From assembly GCA_963701375.1 (NCBI GenBank), contig CAVOZT010000003.1, forward strand, positions 508,086 to 572,085: a stretch of 64,000 nucleotides of DNA, in the 5' to 3' direction. A model generated the notes under the pieces. That model did no database searches. It saw only the letters and a list, made by a program, of their open reading frames with translations, and was not told the DNA's origin. A program made the translations under genes and the position numbers. Source of the DNA: an uncultured Acidimicrobiales bacterium (GTDB lineage: Bacteria > Actinomycetota > Acidimicrobiia > Acidimicrobiales > CAVXTF01). Positions 55,493-64,000 of the stretch are shown one piece after another. Position 1 is the first letter of the stretch. Each line of letters starts with the position of its first letter.

Positions 55493-56533
55493 TTACAGCT
55501 GTTCTATAAGAAGCGAGGCGTTCACATTTGTCTGGGTGCCTCCTGCGAGAGTCTGCAAAATCACCGTTGCCGAAGACGAGTGGTTGCGTAAAGTCAGAAC
55601 GTCTCCCGCGGCGAGGTTCACGATCACCTGGCCGTTATCTTGTTGGGTACCCGCGCCTGAGCCGTACGTCGTCCCAGACACGGCGACCCCATTGTCCATC
55701 AAGGTGAACTGACCGGGTTCCAGCCCAGACACGGAGAAGTCCACCAGGTAGGCGCCAGTCGCGATGACGTGAAGCGTTGATGTCCCCGCTACGTGCGTGA
55801 AACCCGAGAGAGGCCCGTTGGTGTCGAACGTGATGTCGGACTCGACTGGCACGCTCTCCGCGCTGATGTTGTAGACGTAGCCGTAGTTCGGTTGACCCGC
55901 TGGACCTTGAGGTCCCGTCGGACCGGTAGGACCCGTCGGGCCAGTCGGACCGGTCGGACCGGTTGGACCGGTTGCTCCAGTGTGCCCCGTCAGACCGGTT
56001 GCTCCCCTTGGTCCCGTGGGTCCTTTTGCGAGGCTCGCTTGTTGCGCGTCCGCTGCACCGACAACCGGGGACGTGGTGCCCGCCAAGCCGCGAGATCCTG
56101 AGTATGTGGCATCACCGAACGCAAATACCCCTCCGTCTGCCGCGACCAGCCAGTAACCCTTGCCGTCGGACGTGGACGTGATGCCGACGATCGGTTTGTT
56201 GAGGTGTCGGCTGCTCATGCCGCCGTAGTACGCGGCTCCGCCATAGGCATAGACCCGGCCGGCGGACGTCACGAGCCAATATCCGGAACTAGGCCCGGCC
56301 TGTGTCCTCGCCGCGATGTCTTGGGCAACGGCAGAGGCACCCGAACCAGAGGTCGACACCTCCAGAGTCAAGACAGCCAAGATCGCCGCCGCACAGAGAG
56401 TCGCCACGACAAGATAAACGGGTCGCCTTCTTTCCTGAGAGGATGGATCGCGTCGGCGAGCAATCCGCCGTGATGCAGAGACGGGGATTCTGGCAATTTT
56501 CATTCTTCTGACCTCCGTGGTCATGAGAGCCAT
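55493..56533 (-). CDS. membrane-anchored collagen-like protein with BclA/C1q-like C-terminal domain
   Basis: TM anchor; two GYWLV..G.V(Y/F)A(Y/F)G.A.Y.G repeats; 15 uninterrupted G-X-Y triplets (6 x GPT); 131-aa C-terminal domain resembling the BclA TNF/C1q-like fold. Confidence 0.75.
   Translation of the reverse strand: MALMTTEVRRMKIARIPVSASRRIARRRDPSSQERRRPVYLVVATLCAAAILAVLTLEVSTSGSGASAVAQDIAARTQAGPSSGYWLVTSAGRVYAYGGAAYYGGMSSRHLNKPIVGITSTSDGKGYWLVAADGGVFAFGDATYSGSRGLAGTTSPVVGAADAQQASLAKGPTGPRGATGLTGHTGATGPTGPTGPTGPTGPTGPTGPQGPAGQPNYGYVYNISAESVPVESDITFDTNGPLSGFTHVAGTSTLHVIATGAYLVDFSVSGLEPGQFTLMDNGVAVSGTTYGSGAGTQQDNGQVIVNLAAGDVLTLRNHSSSATVILQTLAGGTQTNVNASLLIEQL
55889..56023 (-). repeat. collagen-like G-X-Y coding repeat (15 triplets; 9-nt GGnCCnACn units)
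   Basis: GPT GPR GAT GLT GHT GAT (GPT)x6 GPQ GPA GQP read from the minus strand. Confidence 0.85.
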
Positions 56534-56930
56534 TTCTCGCGCAGGATCCGCACTCTGCTGCTTCGAACTCTTTTAAAGAGAGTGCAAGCGCGGATACATG
56601 TGGGGAAAGAACGGGATTCAATGCCGCTCCGGCGAGTGTCGCACCTCACCTCGTCACCGGCAATAGCGCGCACGCTGTATACCTCATATCGCTTACAGCG
56701 TTGTGACTCCGTTGAGCCGCGTCATTCTTGAATGTCACGAGCAACTTGTTAAAGAGCGCAATAGTGGCTCTCACCACGAAATACCGGGCCAACTCGAGCG
56801 ACGCCTGTTTCTGAGAGTTCGTGCGCGCTCTCCGGCCGCCTTAGGCGGTATCATTCTCGTAACTCGCCTGGTCCCTGCGAGCGCGCGAACGGACAAGTCT
56901 TTGTTTGCTGCGAGTGAGGGAGAGAGCGGG

Positions 56931-58655
56931 ATGCGCTCATCGACCAAAACCAAGATGAGGGCCAAGTCTTCAGACGCTGCCGTCGACTACGGATCCTTGA
57001 TAGCTGATTCGGCTGACGTCAATACGGTGTCCGACCTGGACGGATGGTTCCAATACCTGTCGCCCGCCTGCCGGCGCCTCTTCGGCTGGGACCCGTCCGA
57101 GCTCGAAGGCCGCCACGAGGACGAGTTTGTCCATCCCCACGATGTGCCTCTGCTTCACGCCGCTCGCCAAAAGCTGGCCGATTCCGAATTCGTTTCGACG
57201 AACTACCGGTTCCTGTGTCGTGATGGTTCGACTCGCTGGACCGAGACGTCGTCTCGGCGAGTCACTGTTGACAGGTCGACACTGGTCATATCGGTCATGC
57301 GCGACGTCACCGAGCGACAGATGCGCACGATTACCCTGGAACGCCAGGCGCTGACCGACCCCTTGACCGGTTTGGCCAACCGGACGGTACTGATGGACCG
57401 GCTCTCCCAGGGTCTTCATCGTCTGAGCCGTTCCACCGGGGTCCTAGCTGTGCTCTACCTCGACCTGGATCGGTTCAAGATCGTCAATGACTCGCTCGGA
57501 CATAGCGTCGGAGACGCCGTGCTCGCTCAGATGGCGGAGCGCTTGCTACAACACCTCCGACCGGCTGACACCCTCGCACGACTGGGTGGTGACGAGTTCG
57601 TCATCGTGGCTGAGGATCTCTCGGAAGAGCAGGGGGCCGTCGATCTCGGCAACCGGATCATCGAGGCAGGCCGTGCTCCGTTCCATTTCGGCGACGAGGA
57701 GTTCGTGTGCACGGTCAGTGTCGGAATCGTATGCACCGGAGATTCCCGACGCTCCGCTGGCGACCTAGTTGGGGAAGCCGACCTTGCCCTGTATCGCGCC
57801 AAGGAGCGGGGGCGGGACAGGTCCGAGGTATTCGACGAGGAGATGCGAACCAAAGCGGTCGGCAGGTTGGCCACCGAGCGGCTCGTGCGCAGCGCTCTCC
57901 ACGACGAAAGGCTCGTCGTGGAGTATCAGCCGATAGTCGATCTCCGGACAGACCGATTGGTCGGAGCCGAAGCTCTGATGCGGATCAGCGATCCCGAGAG
58001 AGGACTACTCCAGCCACAGTCCTTCCTCGAGGTGGCGGAAGAAACCGGACTGCTGATCAAGATGGATGAGTGGGTATTGACCGAAGCGGTTCAACAGGTG
58101 AGTGAATGGCACTCTCGACTGGCTGAGACCGAATTCACCGAGGTCTCGATCAATGTGACAGCGCGGCACTTAGCGGATACTGGATTCCAACGATCGGTGA
58201 TCGATCATCTCGATCATCTCGGTGTGGCACATCACGACCTGCAGGTCGAAGTCACAGAACAAGTCCTGCTGGAGGCGTCCAACTCCGCGTTGACTGGGCT
58301 GCGGGCGCTTCGCGATGCAGGCGTCCAGGTGGGCCTTGATGACTTTGGTACCGGATACTCGTCGCTCGCTTACTTGCGCCAGTTCCCTCTCGACTTCGTC
58401 AAGATCGACAGATCCTTCATCCGAGACCTCGACCAAACCCAGGATCAACGGGCGATCGTTGCGGCGATCATCGCGCTTTCGCACGCCTTGGACCTGATTG
58501 TCATCGCGGAGGGTGTCGAAACCGACGTTCAACTCGAAGTCCTCGAGGCGCTGGAGTGTGACCGCGCCCAGGGCTTCCTGTTCAGTAAGTCGATAGCACC
58601 GAACGCTATCGACGAACTGGTGATGGCAAGACCGATGTTTCATACCTCGTCGTGA
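56931..58655 (+). CDS. PAS-GGDEF-EAL c-di-GMP signalling protein
   Basis: PAS (RHEDEFVHPHD..FLCRDGSTRWTET), RLGGDEF, EAL (EALMR..DDFGTGYSSL..KIDRSF..EGVET); GGGAGAG SD before ATG 56931. Confidence 0.9.
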   Translation: MRSSTKTKMRAKSSDAAVDYGSLIADSADVNTVSDLDGWFQYLSPACRRLFGWDPSELEGRHEDEFVHPHDVPLLHAARQKLADSEFVSTNYRFLCRDGSTRWTETSSRRVTVDRSTLVISVMRDVTERQMRTITLERQALTDPLTGLANRTVLMDRLSQGLHRLSRSTGVLAVLYLDLDRFKIVNDSLGHSVGDAVLAQMAERLLQHLRPADTLARLGGDEFVIVAEDLSEEQGAVDLGNRIIEAGRAPFHFGDEEFVCTVSVGIVCTGDSRRSAGDLVGEADLALYRAKERGRDRSEVFDEEMRTKAVGRLATERLVRSALHDERLVVEYQPIVDLRTDRLVGAEALMRISDPERGLLQPQSFLEVAEETGLLIKMDEWVLTEAVQQVSEWHSRLAETEFTEVSINVTARHLADTGFQRSVIDHLDHLGVAHHDLQVEVTEQVLLEASNSALTGLRALRDAGVQVGLDDFGTGYSSLAYLRQFPLDFVKIDRSFIRDLDQTQDQRAIVAAIIALSHALDLIVIAEGVETDVQLEVLEALECDRAQGFLFSKSIAPNAIDELVMARPMFHTSS

Positions 58656-58664
58656 CGCAGCGGG

Positions 58665-59450
58665 CTACCCAATAGGAGCCAGCTGCCGGATTACCCTTCC
58701 CAGCTCGTTGACGCGTGCTTCTGGAACGAACGCAGTTGCGCCGGCGGCCAGAGCTTTTTCCTTCAACAGTTCGAAAGCCGAGCACACGATCACTAAGGAG
58801 AGAGGCGACCTCGTGTATATCTCGGAGATGACCGCTGGTTTGAGTATGTCGTCAAAACATAGGTCGAGCACCACGATCTCCGGTTGTGCCACGTTGACGA
58901 CCCGCAGCATGGTCGATTCACCATGGGTATCCGCCTCTACTATGACGCCACAGCGTTCGAGAACCCTCGTCACCAGATGTCGCGTCGTAGGGTTGGCCAC
59001 ACACACCACAGCTCGATGTTCGTCAAGGATTGCTTTCCAAGGCTCACGGCACTCAACCACGAGCGGTCGATCGAGAATGTTTCCGAGACGGTCGAGCAGT
59101 TCGAAGGGTGGTATTCCCTTTGGAACAAACGCGACAGCGCCTGCCTCGAGCACGGGAATACCCAGCTCGGGGTTCATGCCCGACACGACGATCACTGTCG
59201 CTCCCGGCGCCACGTCATGGATCCCGTCTAGCGCGCTGCTTCCTTCCACCAGAGGCATTGACAGGTCAAGCAATACGACATCGGGCTGGAGGGATTCAGC
59301 CAACATGACAGTGGCATCTCCGTCGCTCGCTTCACCGACGACGTCGAACTGCTGACAGTGCTCGAGCACCGCTCGCAGGAAGCGGCGAGTCGGCGGCACG
59401 TCGTCTGCGATCAACACTCGCAGCGTCTCGAAGTCCGACAGTGTCGCCAT
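58665..59450 (-). CDS. tandem receiver (REC + REC-like) protein without output domain
   Basis: REC1 LRVLIADDVPPTRRFL..VVLLDLSMP..VVSG..FVPKG. The second REC-like half keeps VVLDL and the K region but lacks the N-terminal acidic pair (VCVANP). Confidence 0.7.
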   Translation of the reverse strand: MATLSDFETLRVLIADDVPPTRRFLRAVLEHCQQFDVVGEASDGDATVMLAESLQPDVVLLDLSMPLVEGSSALDGIHDVAPGATVIVVSGMNPELGIPVLEAGAVAFVPKGIPPFELLDRLGNILDRPLVVECREPWKAILDEHRAVVCVANPTTRHLVTRVLERCGVIVEADTHGESTMLRVVNVAQPEIVVLDLCFDDILKPAVISEIYTRSPLSLVIVCSAFELLKEKALAAGATAFVPEARVNELGRVIRQLAPIG

Positions 59451-59601
59451 CACGCTTCCAGCCGCGCCGCTTTCCTCCGATCCGAACGGTCTGGCGTTCC
59501 TCGGCGAACAAAGCAGACTGGAGTGGACACCGGTTTCGAGATCCTGTAGCACTCGAACTTCTATCGGTGTATGCCTGCAGGTGCTGAATGCGGCGGATGC
59601 G

Positions 59602-60357
59602 TCATTGCTCTACTTCATTCGCACCAGGACGTGGAAACGGGTCTCGTTCCACACTCGACGTCACATTGGTCGAATCACGCCCTCGCGCGACGGCAATCAC
59701 GACGGCCTCGAGCTTCGAATGTGCGCCCAATTTCCGTATGATGTTCTGCGCGTGCTTTCGAGCCGTGTTGAGCGAGATGAATAGTCTGTGGGCTATTTCC
59801 TTGTCCGAGCCACCCTCAGCCATTACACCGAGCACCTCGATCTCTCGGCGGCTCAGGTTTGACCCGACTTTCTCGGATTCGTTCGAGAGCCGAGGTAGGA
59901 GCATAAGAAGCATCACCGGGGTCATCAACACCTCGCCGGCATATGCAGCCCTAACGACTGAGAACAAATCCGAGACCGACCGCGATTTGCCTACGAATCC
60001 AGAGCACCCTGCTTCGAATGCGCTACGTGCAAGACGCTCATCTTCGTCCGAGCCTGTCAGCATCACCACATGAGTTGACGGAGTCTCCCGCTTGATCTGC
60101 GTCAGCGCGGTCACACCGTCACCGTCGGGAAGCTGGAAGTCCATTATGACGACATCCGGGCGGAGCCGGATAGTACTGGCGACCGCGGAACTGACAGTAC
60201 CAACCACACCGACCACCTCGAAGTCTGAGCAACTTTCGAGAAGGCGGCTCAGCCCCTTTGCCAAAATCTCGTGGTCCTCGACGACGAGAACGCGAATGAG
60301 CAGACCGGGTGGTTCCGTTGCCCGGTGCCGTATGTCTTCCGTTGTTTGCATCAACAC
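59602..60357 (-). CDS. NarL/FixJ (LuxR-type HTH) response regulator
   Basis: IRVLVVEDHEIL..DVVIMDFQLPDGDG..VMLTGS, then LSRREIEVLGVMAEGGSDKEIAHRLFISLNTARKHAQNIIRKLG. Confidence 0.9.
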   Translation of the reverse strand: MLMQTTEDIRHRATEPPGLLIRVLVVEDHEILAKGLSRLLESCSDFEVVGVVGTVSSAVASTIRLRPDVVIMDFQLPDGDGVTALTQIKRETPSTHVVMLTGSDEDERLARSAFEAGCSGFVGKSRSVSDLFSVVRAAYAGEVLMTPVMLLMLLPRLSNESEKVGSNLSRREIEVLGVMAEGGSDKEIAHRLFISLNTARKHAQNIIRKLGAHSKLEAVVIAVARGRDSTNVTSSVERDPFPRPGANEVEQ

Positions 60358-60373
60358 GCATCCCGCCTTTGGA

Positions 60374-62098
60374 TCACGATAGGTGGTGAAGACATGATCT
60401 AGTCATCGCAAGCTCCTCGACGGCACTGGGGGCGCCGGAATGTGCAAACAGGAAACCTTGACCGCGGTCGCACTCCAGGGCTCGGAGGATGCCGAGCTGC
60501 TCTTCGGTCTCGATTCCCTCTGCAATCACTGTGAGACGCAGGGCGTGCGAAAGCCCGATTATCGCGGCAACGATGGCGCGTTGGTCATCTACCCGTTCGA
60601 GATCGCAGATGAACGATCTGTCGATCTTGACGAAGTCGAGAGGGAACTGTCGCAAGTATGCGAGAGACGAATAACCGGTACCAAAGTCGTCCAGACCAAT
60701 TTGGACGCCAGCTTCGCGAAGCGCCCGAAGCCCGGTCATCGCCGAGTTGGAAGCCTCGAGCAGCACTCGTTCGGTGACCTCGATCATCAGATCGTGGCGG
60801 GCTACGCCGCAACCATCGAGATGCTCGATGACGGATTTTTGGAATCCGATGTCAGCCAGGTGCCGAGCCGTCACATTTATCGAGACCTCGGCGAATTCCG
60901 CACCTGCCGACCTGGAGTGCCATGTGCCGACCTGCTGCACGGCGTCGGCCAGAACCCTCTCGTCCATGGTGATCAGCAAACCCGTTTCTTCAGCAACTTC
61001 GAGGAATGATTCTGGCTTGAGAAGCCCTTTGTCGGGATCGTTTATCCTCATAAGGGCTTCGGCACCTACGACACAATCGGTGCGTAGATCTATTATCGGC
61101 TGATACTCCACGACGAGCCTCTGATCGTCTAGGGCGCTACGCAAGATGCGCTCGGTCGAGAGCCTGCCCACAGCTTTGGTTCGTAGCTCCTCGTCGAACA
61201 TCTCGGCTCGGTCGCGTCCCCGATCCTTCGCGCGGTAGAGGGCGAGGTCGGCCTCTCCGAGAAGATCGCTCGCGGAACGTTCGGAGTCCCTAGTGCAGGC
61301 AATTCCGACGCTCACGGTGCAAACGAACTCCTCGTCACCCATGTGGAACGGGGTCCGGCCGGCCTCGATTACCCGGTTACCGAGATCGATTGCGCCCTCC
61401 TCGTTGACGAGTCCTTCGGCGACGATCACGAACTCGTCCCCGCCGAGCCTGGCCAGGGTGTCAGCCGGACGAAGATGATGAAGAAGTCGAGCGGCCATCT
61501 GGGCGAGCACGGTGTCACCAATGTTGTGGCCAAGCGAGTCATTGACAACCTTGAACCGGTCAAGGTCGAGGTAGAGCACAGCAAGAACCGCGGAGCTTCT
61601 GCCCAAACGGCGAAGACCCTGAGACAGCCGGTCTAGTAGCACCCCTCGGTTGGCCAGTCCGGTCAGCGGATCGGTCAGCGCCTGGCGCTCGAGGTTCATT
61701 GTGCGTAACTGGCGATCAGTGACATCGCGGATGGTCGATACGACCAACGTCGAACCGCGCTCGGTGACGTGCCGAGACGTTGTCTCAGTCCAGCGAGTCG
61801 TCCCGTCGCGGCACAAGAACCGGTAGCTCGTCGAGTGGAATTCAGCGTCGGCGAGCTCGACTCGTGCAGCATGGAGCAGCGGGAGATCGTGCGGATGAAC
61901 GAACTCGTCCTCGTGGCGGCCCTCGAGGTCACACGGATCCCAACCGAACAGGCGGTGACACGCCGGCGAAACGTAGCGAAGTGTTCCTTCAACATCCGTG
62001 ACGACGTTGACGTCAACCGAATTGACTACCAAAGACCTGTAGTCAATAGCGGAGTCGCGTGAGGTGGCAAAAGCCCGGGCCCTCGTTGACGACCGCAT
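60374..62098 (-). CDS. PAS-GGDEF-EAL c-di-GMP signalling protein (paralogue of 56931..58655)
   Basis: Same architecture and same predicted length (574 aa from MRSST..) as the + strand copy; RLGGDEF, EALMR, DDFGTGYSSL, EGIET. Confidence 0.9.
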   Translation of the reverse strand: MRSSTRARAFATSRDSAIDYRSLVVNSVDVNVVTDVEGTLRYVSPACHRLFGWDPCDLEGRHEDEFVHPHDLPLLHAARVELADAEFHSTSYRFLCRDGTTRWTETTSRHVTERGSTLVVSTIRDVTDRQLRTMNLERQALTDPLTGLANRGVLLDRLSQGLRRLGRSSAVLAVLYLDLDRFKVVNDSLGHNIGDTVLAQMAARLLHHLRPADTLARLGGDEFVIVAEGLVNEEGAIDLGNRVIEAGRTPFHMGDEEFVCTVSVGIACTRDSERSASDLLGEADLALYRAKDRGRDRAEMFDEELRTKAVGRLSTERILRSALDDQRLVVEYQPIIDLRTDCVVGAEALMRINDPDKGLLKPESFLEVAEETGLLITMDERVLADAVQQVGTWHSRSAGAEFAEVSINVTARHLADIGFQKSVIEHLDGCGVARHDLMIEVTERVLLEASNSAMTGLRALREAGVQIGLDDFGTGYSSLAYLRQFPLDFVKIDRSFICDLERVDDQRAIVAAIIGLSHALRLTVIAEGIETEEQLGILRALECDRGQGFLFAHSGAPSAVEELAMTRSCLHHLS

Positions 62099-62839
62099 CA
62101 GTCTCCCTTGCTCGGAAGCACACACTCGCGGGGGCCCGGCGGGTCTCGACCTAAATCATTGCACCATTCTTCCGGGACTCAATGAATGACGGCCAGCTGT
62201 CGGGACCCGAGAATCCCAAAGTGCCACCGACATCATGCGAGTACCGCAGTCCTTCGGTATCCGAGTATTGACGAAACTCTGAAATTGACAGAGCAGGTAA
62301 TGCGAATGCATGCCTCGCCTACCGCATTTGAGTAACGGAAGTAACCGATCTGCGCATCTTTCGGGACGATATTTCGTTGCATACAACGAAGATTCGTCCC
62401 GACCCGCTTCTTCCAGTAGTTGTTGAAAATGAGTGTCAGCGGGCCTTCAGAACCAACCTCAGCGACTGTGGGCGACAGCCCGACGGCGCGGGTCTGCCAG
62501 GCAGGCGGACCAGGTGGCACCGCTCGATTCGGGATTTCGTACCCACCTGACCACGCCGGGCCGAGTCGGGACAAGAACCAATTTGCGCGTCCTCAGCCAA
62601 CGACGCAGCGGCAGAAACGGTCGCCGGCGCTCGGTCTGCTTCACCGTCGCGGTACGTGACCACCATGCAGTTGCGCTTCTGATACCAGAAGACCTGGTCG
62701 ATCTGTTCAACACTCATGTGGTTCCCCTTGCCTTACTGCTATATCGGCAGGTTTGGTCCAGAACGTTAGGCCTCCATCCTCAGGCCAGGGTGCTTCCTGC
62801 CGATAACCCCAACGTACGACTTCAGCCGGGAGGCAGCCG

Positions 62840-63007
62840 ATGAGTGATGTCACACGACGACAGAATGCGGCTCCACGTCCCTTGAGTTCAAAGACCTCAG
62901 AATGCGGACGGCGGTGCGTGCGGTGCGGAGCCTCGATACTCAAGATCGCTGAAAACCCCTTCACCAAAGCGCTCCAATGCAAGGTATGCGGAGCCCGGCA
63001 GATCTGA
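62840..63007 (+). CDS. 55-aa four-cysteine zinc-ribbon protein (below the ORF-track cutoff)
   Basis: GGGAGG at 62828-62833, 6 nt before ATG 62840. Product MSDVTRRQNAAPRPLSSKTSECGRRCVRCGAS..QCKVCGARQI has CxxC-17-CxxC. Confidence 0.35.
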   Translation: MSDVTRRQNAAPRPLSSKTSECGRRCVRCGASILKIAENPFTKALQCKVCGARQI

Positions 63008-63111
63008 AGGTTCTGCAATTGATGCGGTGAGGGTGCCGTTTGCAAGTGTTGACGCCAGTAAATGCGTGCGGGAGGATTTTCGAGCGGGGCGGACTCAGGA
63101 GGGCAACGATC

Positions 63112-63387
63112 GTGCCAGGCTTCACGACGCAGGGCGGCGAAGAACTGCCGGTGACAGAGGGTGGAGCCATCATTCCTGACGGGTCACCTGTTGCGGGCCT
63201 TTTCACGGGCGGCGGAGGCGGCCCTGGTGAAGAGGGAGTAACCGGCGGTGGTGGTGTACCTGGCGGAGGCGGCGTAACTGGTGGGGGCGGAGGCGTTCCG
63301 GGGGGACCAGGTGGTGGTGGACCAGGTGGCGGCGGACCAGGTGGGGGCGGACCAGGTGGCGGTGGACCAGGCGGGGGCACTGGCTAG
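63112..63387 (+). CDS. hypothetical glycine-rich protein with (P/V/T)GGGG repeats; one of three open frames here
   Basis: AGGAGG at 63097-63102, 9 nt before GTG 63112. Third-position G+C in this frame looks low for this genome. Confidence 0.2.
   Translation: MPGFTTQGGEELPVTEGGAIIPDGSPVAGLFTGGGGGPGEEGVTGGGGVPGGGGVTGGGGGVPGGPGGGGPGGGGPGGGGPGGGGPGGGTG
63307..63381. repeat. five tandem copies of a 15-nt unit (CCAGGTGGyGGyGGA), with degenerate G-rich copies from about 63207
   Basis: Units at 63307, 63322, 63337, 63352 and 63367 (the last diverges). Open in two + frames and one - frame. Confidence 0.85.
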
Positions 63388-64000
63388 AGCTCTTCGTTCT
63401 GAGACTGAGATACGCGCTTCATATCTGATCTGCGCGACTCCGCGAACCGGCAGTTATCTGCTCTGCGACCTTCTCGAACAGACAGGGGTTGCCGGGAACC
63501 CAACCGAATACCTATTGGCCGGTTACCGCAAGTACTGGACCGAACAGTGGGGTACCTCGAATTACGCCGAGTATCACGAACATGTTTTGCGCACTGGCAC
63601 GACGCCAAACGGTGTCTTCGGCACGAAGGTCCACGGCGCGCAACTCCTCGAGTTCCTGCGTCTCGCAACCGGCAGGGCGCGTGTGCCCACTGAGGACCGC
63701 CCTGAGATCGTCGCAGCCTGGTTCCCTCATCCAACCTATGTCTGGTCTCGCCGCAAGGATCCAGTAGCTCAGAGCGTGTCGTGGGCCAAAGCCCGGCAGA
63801 CCAATCTGTGGTGGGACACGGACGCTCCCCCCGCCCCTCCGCTCGGAATTCCTAGGCCGGATGCCTTGCGGTTCGACTTCGGCTTTATCGAGCGGTCCAT
63901 GTACGCCCTCGTCGAATGGGACGGTGTATGGCGAAGTTACTTCGATGCGACGGGCATCGACCCCCTCACGGTTTGGTACGAAGACCTGCTGGCCGATCAA
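63362..64000 (+). CDS. Stf0-type sulfotransferase, 3' end outside window (not in the ORF track)
   Basis: My own translation gives ..SYLICATPRTGSYLLCDLLEQTGVAGNPTEYL..GVFGTKVHGAQL..VWSRRKDPVAQSVSWAKARQT.. with no stop to nt 64000. The frame is open from 63278; start is one of the GTGs at 63281-63362. Confidence 0.75.
   Translation, partial: MDQAGALARALRSETEIRASYLICATPRTGSYLLCDLLEQTGVAGNPTEYLLAGYRKYWTEQWGTSNYAEYHEHVLRTGTTPNGVFGTKVHGAQLLEFLRLATGRARVPTEDRPEIVAAWFPHPTYVWSRRKDPVAQSVSWAKARQTNLWWDTDAPPAPPLGIPRPDALRFDFGFIERSMYALVEWDGVWRSYFDATGIDPLTVWYEDLLADQ

Noticed and set aside
62961-63380. Pro-rich 139-aa minus ORF (PPPPG repeats)
   Set aside because: It is the reverse-complement reading of the G-rich tandem repeat. 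Third-position G+C is low and the non-repeat C-terminal part looks non-protein-like.
1-64000. Search for CRISPR arrays, IS elements/transposases, integrases, prophage genes, rRNA/tRNA and known defence-system hallmarks
   Set aside because: None were recognised. The only repeats are coding tandem repeats (collagen GXY, 15-nt G-rich unit), the Thr/Pro linker and gene-level paralogy. Apart from the GH12 gene and 62.1-63.1 kb, the window looks like core chromosome.

Overview
High-GC (about 60-70% in sampled lines) actinobacterial-type chromosomal segment with about 65 genes. I found no rRNA, tRNA, CRISPR array, transposase or integrase. Content: a lipid module (WS/DGAT, hydrolase, secreted lipase) beside a compositionally foreign GH12-like glucanase; an ABC-2 exporter with a divergent OmpR/HK pair; msrAB; a REC-TrxR-like flavoprotein with a cNMP-binding kinase; an ECF sigma/anti-sigma island; a PTPS-methyltransferase-GT4-SDR operon; four c-di-GMP enzymes; an adenylate cyclase fusion; an orphan minor-pilin-like operon; an MFS/TetR pair; a P450/amidohydrolase/VOC cluster with a lone Hpt gene; a collagen-like surface protein; and a 3'-truncated Stf0-type sulfotransferase that is absent from the ORF track. 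Best leads: (1) six copies of an identical TGTAACCC box, each aimed at a gene around the ECF sigma factor; (2) the pilin-like operon with 228-, 511- and 606-aa products and no assembly genes nearby; (3) the putative glycosylated/methylated pterin operon; (4) two inverted 574-aa PAS-GGDEF-EAL paralogues bracketing two response regulators. Caveat: at least seven genes carry apparent 1-nt indels, several at short homopolymers. These may be assembly errors rather than real pseudogenes. All calls rest on motif recognition by eye; no searches were run.
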